Source of the DNA: Octopus vulgaris
Lineage: Eukaryota
Assembly (NCBI GenBank): GCA_951406725.2
Contig: OX597823.1
Location: 33,294,001-33,358,000, forward strand
Direction of reading: 5' to 3'
Length of the DNA: 64,000 nt
Shown: positions 53,338 to 64,000 of the stretch, in pieces
Position numbering within the stretch: the first letter of the stretch is position 1
Layout of the letters: each line of letters opens with the position of its first letter
Program-made: the position numbers and the translations under genes
Notes under the pieces: model-generated
Seen by the model: only the letters and a program-made list of their open reading frames with translations
Told to the model about the DNA's origin: nothing
Database searches by the model: none

Positions 53338-53718
53338 GTTATTACCTCCGCCAAGGAAGAAGGTTATGTTTTCATCGGCGCTGGTTTGTCCGTCTGTCCG
53401 TCTGTGTGCAAAATAACTCAAAAAGTTGTGAACAGTATTTGATGAAACTTGCAGGAAAAGTTGATAGTGACACAAGGAACAGATGATGAAATTTTGGTAG
53501 TGATCCGGGAATTTCTTTGGATTCTTAAAGGATTGTTATATTTACTTTACATGAAGTATTACAATGTTACGTTCTTTGATTATCTTCCTTTAAAACACGT
53601 TCATCGTTTCAACGTAACCTGTGGTGGCGCTGCTGTTTCCAAAGTTTATTTTCCTTTCTCTATTAGTAATTTTACTCGCCTATCTATCTTAAAATGAGCT
53701 GCTTGGCGGAGGTCTGCG
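53338..53718 (+). mobile_element. Helentron-associated element (HINE/DINE-1-like), 3' hairpin lost
   Basis: Subterminal IRs acctccgccaag / cttggcggaggt, (GTCC/GTCT)n core repeat, TT at the 5' junction. Confidence 0.75.
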
Positions 53719-53719
53719 G

Positions 53720-54200
53720 AGGATGACATGACAAGCCTTGACTGTTGGGATCGACTCAAAAAGCTCAGGCTTTGCTCCCTCCACCGCCGCTGTGAGCTCT
53801 GTATGATATGGAAAATATTCCATCAACATTGCCCATCTTTAAAATTCGTCCGAGGTTTGGCCCCCGTGCCATCCGTCCACTACAGAAATGTTCGTGTCAA
53901 TTCACAACACTATGACAGAACTATTTCACCTCAATTGGCCCTGCTCTCTTCAACATCGTGCCAGACATACATAAAGGAGGAAAGTGACTTCACGGCATTC
54001 AAACGATCCGTAGATGATTACCCCCCAACAATTACCAGATAAACCACCCACACCCAGATATGTCTCTGAAAACAATAACTCTCTACTTGAATGGGCTGTG
54101 GTTCCCCAGAGCTGACTGTGTATCTCTTCCAGGTGGTGCTATTAAATTAGACATGGTCCGAGTCAACTTCGGCCGAAACGTATCTAAGTAATCTAATTTA
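53720..54200 (+). mobile_element. CR1-type LINE 3' end, decayed
   Basis: LDCWDRLKKLRLCSLHRRCE..IWKI, GPALFNIVP, FKRSVD; terminal stem-loop then a short ctaagtaat repeat. Confidence 0.7.
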
Positions 54201-54399
54201 TGCTGTAACCTTTTAATCAAAGCATGACATGGGTAGAGGCTGATATCTTAACATTTCTGATGGTCTTAGGTATAAAAAAAAAAGAATCAAAAATTTATAT
54301 AGAACCACATTCAGAGTATGTCTATAAGCTATTGTGTTTAGACCTGGTTTCTATCCTCAAACACTTCCGTTTTGTAGATTTTTATTCTTATTCTTTCTT

Positions 54400-54762
54400 T
54401 TATTCTTTTACTTGTTTCAGTCATTTGACTGCGGCCATGCTGGAGCACCGCCTTTAGTCGAGCAAATCGACCCCGGGACTTATTCTTTGTAAGCCCAGTA
54501 CTTATTCTATCGGTTTCTTTTGCCGAACCGCTAAGTGACGGGGAAGTAAAAACACCAGACATACACACACACACATACACATATATATATACATATATAC
54601 GACAGGCTTCTTTCAGTTTCCGTCTACCAAATCCACTCACAAGGCATTGGTCGGCCCGGGCTATAGCAGAAGACACTTGCCCAAGATGCCACGCAGTGGG
54701 ACTGAACCCGGAACCATGTGGTTGGTTAGCAAGCTACTTACCACACGGCCACTCCTGCGCCT
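54400..54762 (-). mobile_element. SINE family B
   Basis: Close match to 39433-39847, with a short internal deletion. Confidence 0.92.
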
Positions 54763-54764
54763 AT

Positions 54765-55071
54765 GCAATTTTTTTTTTAATAAAGCACTCCGAAATTAGA
54801 AAAATAAAAAATCTGCAACAATCTCGGTCCCATGAATATCGGATAATGGATTTTCAACTGTGTAAAGAAACTGATTGTGGTGATCGTAGTTTTGACGGTG
54901 ATTGTGTTGAAAGCAGAGACAGTGTTGATGACGATGGTCGAAATAAGTATGGGAGGAAGTTATGTCTTTGCCGGCGTTGGTGTGGGAAATTGGGCGATTT
55001 TTAGCATGCGTGTATATGGGTGGAAATGAGCTGCTTGGCAGAGGTCTGCGCTCTCCGAGTGCTTTTCTAGT
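54765..55071 (+). mobile_element. HINE-like element, 3' part
   Basis: aaatgagctgcttggcagaggtctgcgctctccgagtgcttttctagtt: subterminal IR plus hairpin; its first 27 nt are repeated at 53692-53718. Confidence 0.65.
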
Positions 55072-55164
55072 TTCATTTCATACCTCTTCTTCTAACTTTC
55101 TTCTACTTAACACTTTCACTTTCTTTCTTCGTAACACACACACACACACACACATACATACACA

Positions 55165-55218
<54 letters not shown>

Positions 55219-55223
55219 AATTA

Positions 55224-55255
<32 letters not shown>

Positions 55256-55409
55256 GCTCTCTCCCATCTCTACTACTGTTATATAAATGTTTTCATTAAA
55301 AGTGACCACAAATCTTTTTCCCTTGAGATACTTTGAGGATATTTGTAATAATTTTTACACAATATTAATTACATCAAAATTATTTAGAAAGTTTTCGTTT
55401 GAAGTTTTT

Positions 55410-56458
<1,049 letters not shown>

Positions 56459-57091
56459 CATATATATTAGCAGATATGCATATCACTGCAATTCATACAA
56501 GCAAACATGACATAAACAAGCAGAAAAACGCCCGGAGGACAGAATTTCTACGAGTATGTCGAATGCCATTTGTACCTCACAGAGGTACATGTAGAGGGTG
56601 GGGGGTCCCGGTTGGAATGATGTCCGTGAATGTTTGCGAAGAGAAAAGAGATTTGTCCAACGGATTTCGTTTCACTGATAATAAAAGTAATGGATTATAT
56701 AAGGAAATAAGTGTATGTGTGGTGGTGATGGGGGTGTATTACAAAGGGAGGTAAATGAGTGGAGACACGTGGACGGTGATGGCGATGGGGAGGATGAAAG
56801 AATGTGAGAAAGATAGTGACTGCAGGTTGTATAATGTAAGGAAAAGAGACTCCAGTTTTAATCAGATCTGATCACAATGTTGCCACCTGAGGGCAGGACA
56901 AGATTCAACAGGACGAACATATATCATTTCACTTGTATACAATTTATAAAACTCTGGTTGTTGAGGAATTAAGGTAAGTTTTCTGTTTTGAAAGTTGGGA
57001 AATGAAATCCACCGGAGACAGAATGCTTGATTGATAGTCGGACAGATGGACAGTGATGTGTGTGTGTGTGTGTGCGTGCAAACACACTCAT

Positions 57092-57730
57092 CAGTAGCGG
57101 CTCGTGTATAGGCACTGCGGAACTGCAGCTCCCCCTATTTCCACTTTATATTATTGATAACATTCAATATAATGAGTCCTTTTTTCTTTAATTCTTTCTT
57201 TATACTTCTAAATTATATAATCCTTAAGCTTAGTGTCAGTAGCCATCCCCTAGTTTATGAAAAAAATACAAAAATCATTGTATAGAACTGTGCGCTTCAT
57301 CGTTCCAGTGACGCGGTGTTTGGCTGTTGTGCGCATGCTCACATGTCCGAGATAGGAAGCTGCACGCTAGGGAGAGAGAGCACTGTCGTTCATGCAATGT
57401 CGGTGAAAGGTAGGTGTTGTTTTTTAGTCTGCGTGTGTTGTGCTTAAAAACGTGTTTATAATCTTGAATATGATAAAGTGTAGAATTAGATTATTATCCT
57501 GCTTCCAGCTTCAGTGTTGCTGCCAAGATTTGAAAAACAAGGGGGAATTCGCGGCGATGTTCAGTGAACAAATTAAACACACTACCCGGCTGTGGCAAAA
57601 ACGCGAACCCATCAAGTTTATGCATAAATATTCTTTTTATATGTTTGTTTTCTTTTACACAATATTAAAACAACGGTTAAAAGTTTTATGAAACAGCGAC
57701 CCAACTAATTTTATCTACGGGCCGCCACAG
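57092..57730. mobile_element. Non-autonomous hAT-like DNA transposon
   Basis: Imperfect TIRs cagtagcggctcgtg / tacgggccgccacag; 8-bp flanks acactcat and acactaac (6/8 identical). Confidence 0.7.
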
Positions 57731-57779
57731 ACACTAACACACATATATAGACAGGTATCCGGACATGTGTGTGTGTTTG

Positions 57780-57781
57780 TA

Positions 57782-57860
<79 letters not shown>

Positions 57861-57938
57861 TTACCTACCTACCTACCTACCTACTTACCTACCTACCTAC
57901 CTACCTACCCACCTATCTATCTATCTATCTATCTATCG

Positions 57939-58028
<90 letters not shown>

Positions 58029-58172
58029 TTACCTACCTACCTACCTACCTACCTACCTACCTACCTACCTACCTACCTACCTATCTGTCTATCTATCTAT
58101 CTATCTATCTATTTACCTACCTGCCTACCTACCTACCTACCTACATACCTACCTACCTACCTACCTACCTAC

Positions 58173-58246
<74 letters not shown>

Positions 58247-58285
58247 GTCTGTCTATCCATCTATCTATCCACCTACTTACCTACA
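57780..58285. repeat. Alternating (ATCT)n/(ACCT)n tetranucleotide array
   Basis: Directly visible. Confidence 0.98.
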
Positions 58286-59048
58286 TGCATATGTATGTAA
58301 GGGTTGTGTGAGAAGAGTTATAAAGGTGGGGAGGAAACGCTGCTAGTTTATTCAATTCAACAGTCAGATGTGGTACTGTATATGGCAGGGTTCCTTCCTA
58401 TATAATATGATGAAGACTTGAGAAACCTCGATTTCGATTTAACTGAGATTATCTAGACAATTCGTAGACATCAGTCTCTCATCTCTCTTATTTCTTGGAT
58501 TTTAAGTTTCTGTTTAGACAGCTTTATTACAGTATGTATCGACATCTCCCCCCCCTCTCTCGCTTGCTCGCTCTTTGTCTGTCAGTCGCTCAGTTTGTCT
58601 TTCTGATCCACTCTTTACCAATTCTGATGTAACACAAAATTCAATTACATCTTCCATACTTAACTTACTTTCTCTACATTAGAAAGCTGCTTCCTGTCAG
58701 TTGTAATCACATATTTTCTCGGCTACTTCTCGCAGATGTCATTCACTTCTACACATTCACATATCTTCCATTAAAAGAGAACTTGAAAACAATCTGAAAA
58801 GATTAAAATTATAAAAATTGGGGCACGATGTTGGTGAAAGATGAGATTTAGTTTTTCTAGTGAATAACATCGGAATATTTTATGGTGTGCTGAAAGTAGA
58901 GGCGTCTTAAGGCTTGTACATTTTGTACAGCTGCCCGGAACCTCAAGAGGTCTAGAAGCCTAATTCTCATCTATGTATATTATGGATTGTTGTCAATAAA
59001 TAAAAACTAAAGGACCCACTGCATTGATTTACCTGGGGGCCAATAATA

Positions 59049-59217
59049 CAGTGACGTAGTTAAAGGAAGCGAGATGGTGGTCCATAACTGGCGACGCTTT
59101 TATGGCGGGAGGGGAGTCACTTTTGGGTTTGTTGTATGAGCCTGTGTACAGGGCGAAAGATGAGAGGTGTAAAACTCAAGGCTGCCCCTGGTGGCAGACA
59201 TTCTATCTACGCCACTG
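59049..59217. mobile_element. hAT-like MITE
   Basis: TIRs cagtgacgtag / ctacgccactg; 8-bp flanks caataata and ttataatg (5/8 identical). Confidence 0.55.
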
Positions 59218-59861
59218 TTATAATGCTGCTAAGCCGGTCCTGGTTGAAAGTTTAAAATTGTTTGCAGCAGTGCTACAATATCCGGAAATAAAATCGAGGA
59301 TAATAATGCTCGGGTGGTCCATAGTAAAGAAAACGACGCTAGAAAGATCATCGAGGGTAATTTCTTTGAAACGCAGGCGAACCTGGTTTCACCATATCAC
59401 AAAGGTTAGGTAGCGAATTCATTCTAATTAAATTATGAAGTTTTTCGACAATTCAAGTAAAGCGAACCAATGAGGAACGAAAAATGCAGACTGAGTATTT
59501 TAACAATTAAATATGTTCTTAAAAAAAAAAACGACTGCTATATAACTCCCTGGTAGTCATTTATCAAGGGGACAGATAAATCCTTCTAGATTAAAGTTGA
59601 GTCGGTTTGGGAAGTTTGAAATTTAAATCGAAGAATGAATAAAAAAAAAAAAAAAAAAATAAATAGATATATATTAGGTTGGTGCATAATAATATATTAT
59701 AACGATCGTGAAGTTGCAGGTTCGATTCCCGGACCGGGCTGCGTGTTGTGTTCTTGAGCAAGACACTTTATTTCACGTTGCTCCACTTCACTCAGCCGTA
59801 GAAATGAGTTGTAACGTCACTGGTGCCAAGCTAATAATAATAATAATAATAATAATAATGA

Positions 59862-60243
59862 CTAGCAGTATCGCCCGGCGTTGCTCGGGTTTGTAAGGGA
59901 AATAACTATAAAGCATTTTTAGAGAGTTATAGCCAAAAAATAGCCCAAAAATAGAAAAAAATGATGGTAAATTTTTTTGAGAGTTAAAAAGGTGGAGTTG
60001 CGTCCCCTAGACAGTCTGTGGTTTGTGTTTCTGATTCTCGACCCCATGTCGAATTTATCGATTTTTTTCAGAACTGGGGGAACTTTTCAAAATTTTCGCT
60101 GCGTTAGTTTTGAATTATGACATTGGGCTATGTGTGTGTCAAGTTTCACCAGAATCGGTTGAAAGCCGTGGTCAGGGTGAGGGTACAACCTAACAGACAC
60201 ACAGACACGCAGACAGACAAACTGCCGTTTATATAGAGAGAGA
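59862..60243 (-). mobile_element. Non-autonomous Helitron
   Basis: Minus strand A|TC..hairpin..CTAG|T; the 3' 110 bp closely match 10262-10390; inserted in (TAA)n. Confidence 0.85.
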
Positions 60244-60254
60244 TAATGATAGTG

Positions 60255-60321
<67 letters not shown>

Positions 60322-60322
<1 letters not shown>

Positions 60323-60660
60323 TTCCACTTTAGGCACAAGGCCTGAAATTTGAGAGAGGGATATAGTCAATTACATCGACCCCAGTACTTAACTGGTACT
60401 TAATTTATCGAACCCGAAAGAATGAAAGGCAGAGTCGACCTTGGTGAAATTTGAACTTAGAACGTGGCAGCAGACGAAATACTGCTAAGCGTTTCACCCA
60501 GCGTGCTAACGTTTCTTATTTCTTTACTGCCCACAAGGGGCTACATACAAAGGAAAAAAACAAGGACAGACAAATGGCTTAAGTCGAGTATATCGACCCC
60601 AATGCGGAACTGGTTCTTATTTAATTGACCCCCGAAAGGATGAAAGGCAAAGTCGGGGAG
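60322..60660 (-). mobile_element. Two adjacent SINE family A copies
   Basis: Family A core at 60370-60515 and 60590-60655. Confidence 0.85.
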
Positions 60661-61019
60661 AGGAAAGAGGGGGAGCGGAAAAAGTATAAACATGCACAAA
60701 ATAAAAGAGAAATAACCAGGAAAGAGAAGAGTAAAAATCCATGAAGTGGAACTGGTGGACAGAAATGTGAGGAGCAGTGTTGGCAAATTTTGGGAAGTAT
60801 GGAATTGTCGAAGGATACAGAGTGCTGACATGTGGCTAACTGCCTTAGCACAAAAATTTAGACGCTAGAAATGTCACAGTTAATGAAGAAATTAAAATTA
60901 GAAGCCGGTGAAATGGCTGTTCAGACATTCCAGACGTTTAGCAGTGTGGAGATAAACATACGTATAGGAGTAAAGACATTTGTATTAGAGCAAACACTTC
61001 ACCCAGAGCACAAACACAT

Positions 61020-61780
61020 TAGCAATAACATGCATTCATGCGTGTATATACATACATATACATTAAGACATACACACACATTTATATATACACACATATA
61101 TATACATATGTATATATACATACACACATATATATATACATGCACACATGCATATACACATATATACATATACGCAAACAAGCATAAATACATACATATA
61201 CATACATGTATACACTAACACACACATACATGCACACACATGCATAGATACATACATATATACATACACACATGCATACACACATATACACATATATGCA
61301 AACAAACATAAATGCATACATATACATACATGTATACACTAACACACACATATACACACATACATATATACACACATTTATGCATACATACATGCATACA
61401 TACATATATACCTACAGGCAAACACGCATCAATACATACATATACATACATGTATACATTAACACACATGCATACATACACACATTTATGCATACACATG
61501 CATACATGCATGCATGCAAACACACATATATACATACATGCAAGCAAGCCTAAAAATCACATATATACATACATGTATACATTAACACACACATGCACAC
61601 ACATGCATACATACAAACACGCATTTATACATACACACATGTATACATGTATGCATGCATATACACATATACATGCGTGCAAAAAAACCTTATAATACAT
61701 ATACATACATATACATACATGTATACATGCATACACACATATATACACACACATACATACATATACATACACTTACACAT
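61020..61780. repeat. CA/TA-rich minisatellite with a higher-order unit of about 120 bp
   Basis: The motif atacatacatgtatacactaacacaca recurs near 61200, 61325, 61445 and 61565. Confidence 0.8.
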
Positions 61781-61784
61781 TTTT

Positions 61785-62229
61785 TCCTCGGACGGAAATC
61801 ACAGCATCATGCCTTTCAACGGAGTATATATGTTACATAAGACACATCGATATCTATTTTAATTTAATGTTGCTTCAGTTGCGTACATCGAGTTTCTATT
61901 CAGCCCGGCGGACATTCGCGATATCAGTGAATGTACTACTCATTCTTTCATATATCGAAGAGAACAGATTCCATCTTGACATGTGTCTAGCGAGTATACA
62001 TCATTGAGAAGGCCCAGGATGGCTGAAATGCATCTAGTATTCTAGATCACTGCTGGGACGATTTTTGTCATACTGCAGTATACATTGTGCTTTTAACACA
62101 AGTTTAAAAAGAGATTTTCTCTCAGACGAAAATCACAGCATCATACCTTTCAATGGTGTATATACATTAAGTATGATACATAGATGGCTATTTTGATATA
62201 ATGCTGTTTCAGATGCGTACATAGAGTTT
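61785..62229 (+). repeat. Diverged direct repeat of about 105 bp, period 334 bp
   Basis: gacggaaatcacagcatcatgcctttcaacgg..gcgtacatcgagttt (61791) versus gacgaaaatcacagcatcatacctttcaatgg..gcgtacatagagttt (62125). Confidence 0.85.
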
Positions 62230-62260
<31 letters not shown>

Positions 62261-63117
62261 ACAACAACGCACACACATACACACACATACACACACACAC
62301 ACTCACACACACTCACACACATACACACACATACACACACATACATACATACATACATACATGCACACACAAACACACAAACGCACAAATATTTTATACG
62401 TAATCGTTAGTCCGGCAATATATATTTTGTCGGTATAACGATTATGGATTAAATATTTATTTTCTCTTGGACTTATCCTTGAGAACTTTATTCTAAGAGG
62501 CCGGACATAGCTTCCTTCAAATTGTCATCCTCTATGTGTGTGTGTGTGTATATATATATATATTTGTGTGTGAGTGTATATATAGCTTCAGCTGCTATCG
62601 TCTTTACAACCAACTATAATATTTAAACATTTCTGAAAGGAAGATGAGCTGAAAATGTTGGAATAAAATATTTACCACAATATACAAGCTAAAGAGAAAA
62701 GTTTAAATATTCCATTACGTCATCAGACGTTCAAATCCCCTCATTAATATAGCAATGCCTTCCACCTTCCTCTCCCTCACTTATCTGAGAAAATATTTTG
62801 AATAAGCTTGATTCCACTCAAGGAATTTTGACATTTAATTTTTATTTCGTATTATTCGCTACTTTCACACATTCACATTTATATTTTGGAAAATCCCCAA
62901 CATATGGCGAAGCCACCGCCAGCAGCACGTGGCGCATCGGAGTACTTACAGCCAACCCTAATCTAGCTTCCATAGCAGAATCAGTCGGGGGATTAGGGGT
63001 AAGTTAGTGATGCGTAAGAAAGGTCCGAACTCCAACGATCGAAATTTAGTTTGAGGTCACAACCAAAAACTTGAAGATATTTAACTCGTCGTTGTACCGT
63101 TCCCGCTAATCCGCCGC

Positions 63118-63226
<109 letters not shown>

Positions 63227-63229
63227 GTG

Positions 63230-63510
63230 TGGAGGCGCAATGGCCCAGTGGTTAGGGCAGCGGACTCGCGGTTGTGTGTTTGTATTGAGCGAAAACACTT
63301 GTAGCTCCTCGAGGCTCCGGCAGTGGGGGAGGGGGGGCGACCCCTGTTGTACTCTTTCGCCCCAACTTTCTCCCACTCTTTCTTCCTGTTTCTTGAGTAA
63401 CGCTGCGATGGACTGGCGTCCCGTCCAGCTGGGTTAAACACATATACCACAGAAACCTGGAAACCGGGCCCATGAGCCTGGCTAGGCTTGAAAAGGGCGC
63501 ATAAATAATA
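63230..63510 (+). mobile_element. tRNA-derived SINE family C, (TAA)-type tail, B box deleted
   Basis: ggaggcgcaatggcccagtggttagg (A box); body as in 46091-46255; then ctgcgatggactggcgtcccgtccag and taataataa. Confidence 0.82.
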
Positions 63511-64000
63511 ATAAATACCCTGCAGTACCAGGCAGTGGCTTTCATGGCGTCTCATTTTAACTGGTTGGAAGTGATATGTATATAGTTTTGTCTTGGTAAA
63601 AAAGATGGTTACAGCAAATATTCTACTCAATACCACAGATTTGCTTGTCCGTTGTTTGACCATAACCAGTTGAGCATGTCCCTTAGATGCTGATGATATG
63701 TGTATCTCTGATGATGAGCAGAAGTAGTGGGGGAGCATCATAGCCATGTGTTGAGAGGGATTTTTGGGGTTTCGATAATTCGCCTTTGGAAACATGGATT
63801 CATCATCCTTAAACAACCCTTTTGAGCGGGATGGGCTACTTGACCTGAAGAAAATTCTAACTGGGCCCCACTTGCAAGGTCATGCTCTGTTTATATTGAT
63901 ATGAGATCACAATGTCACGCACATATGGTTGTGATGCATGTGCCTGGGCCACCCTTATCAGACGGGTAGTCATGATGGGTATACTGGGCTTCGTATATTT

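Noticed and set aside
63230-63270. tRNA gene-like sequences at SINE heads
   Set aside because: Only A/B-box remnants fused to SINE bodies; no complete cloverleaf.

Overview
Eukaryotic, AT-rich DNA saturated with repeats. No host protein-coding gene, tRNA, rRNA or CRISPR array can be supported, so the window is probably intronic or intergenic. The extreme microsatellite density and the tRNA-derived SINE families suggest a coleoid cephalopod such as Octopus (inference). Almost all long ORFs in the track are microsatellite artefacts or transposon remnants. Retroelements: RTE LINEs (one with a PHD-type zinc finger inside the RT), at least 10 fragments of R4/Dong-type restriction-like-endonuclease LINEs (one nearly intact and sitting in (TAA)n), CR1 and L1/Tx1 remnants, and three or four modular SINE families. 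DNA elements: a near full-length decayed mariner, mariner/Tc1 fragments, hAT and Tigger-like MITEs, non-autonomous Helitrons and Helentron-type (HINE/DINE-1-like) elements. The most interesting non-coding signals are several Penelope/retrozyme-type hammerhead ribozyme motifs (24.4 kb, 15.1 kb, 37.8 kb, and a decayed one at 62.0 kb), two long inverted duplications, head-to-tail SINE arrays, inverted SINE pairs, and a compact G4/GC-box/CRE motif cluster at 40.2 kb. Family names come from motif recognition by eye, not database searches, and boundaries of decayed fragments are approximate.
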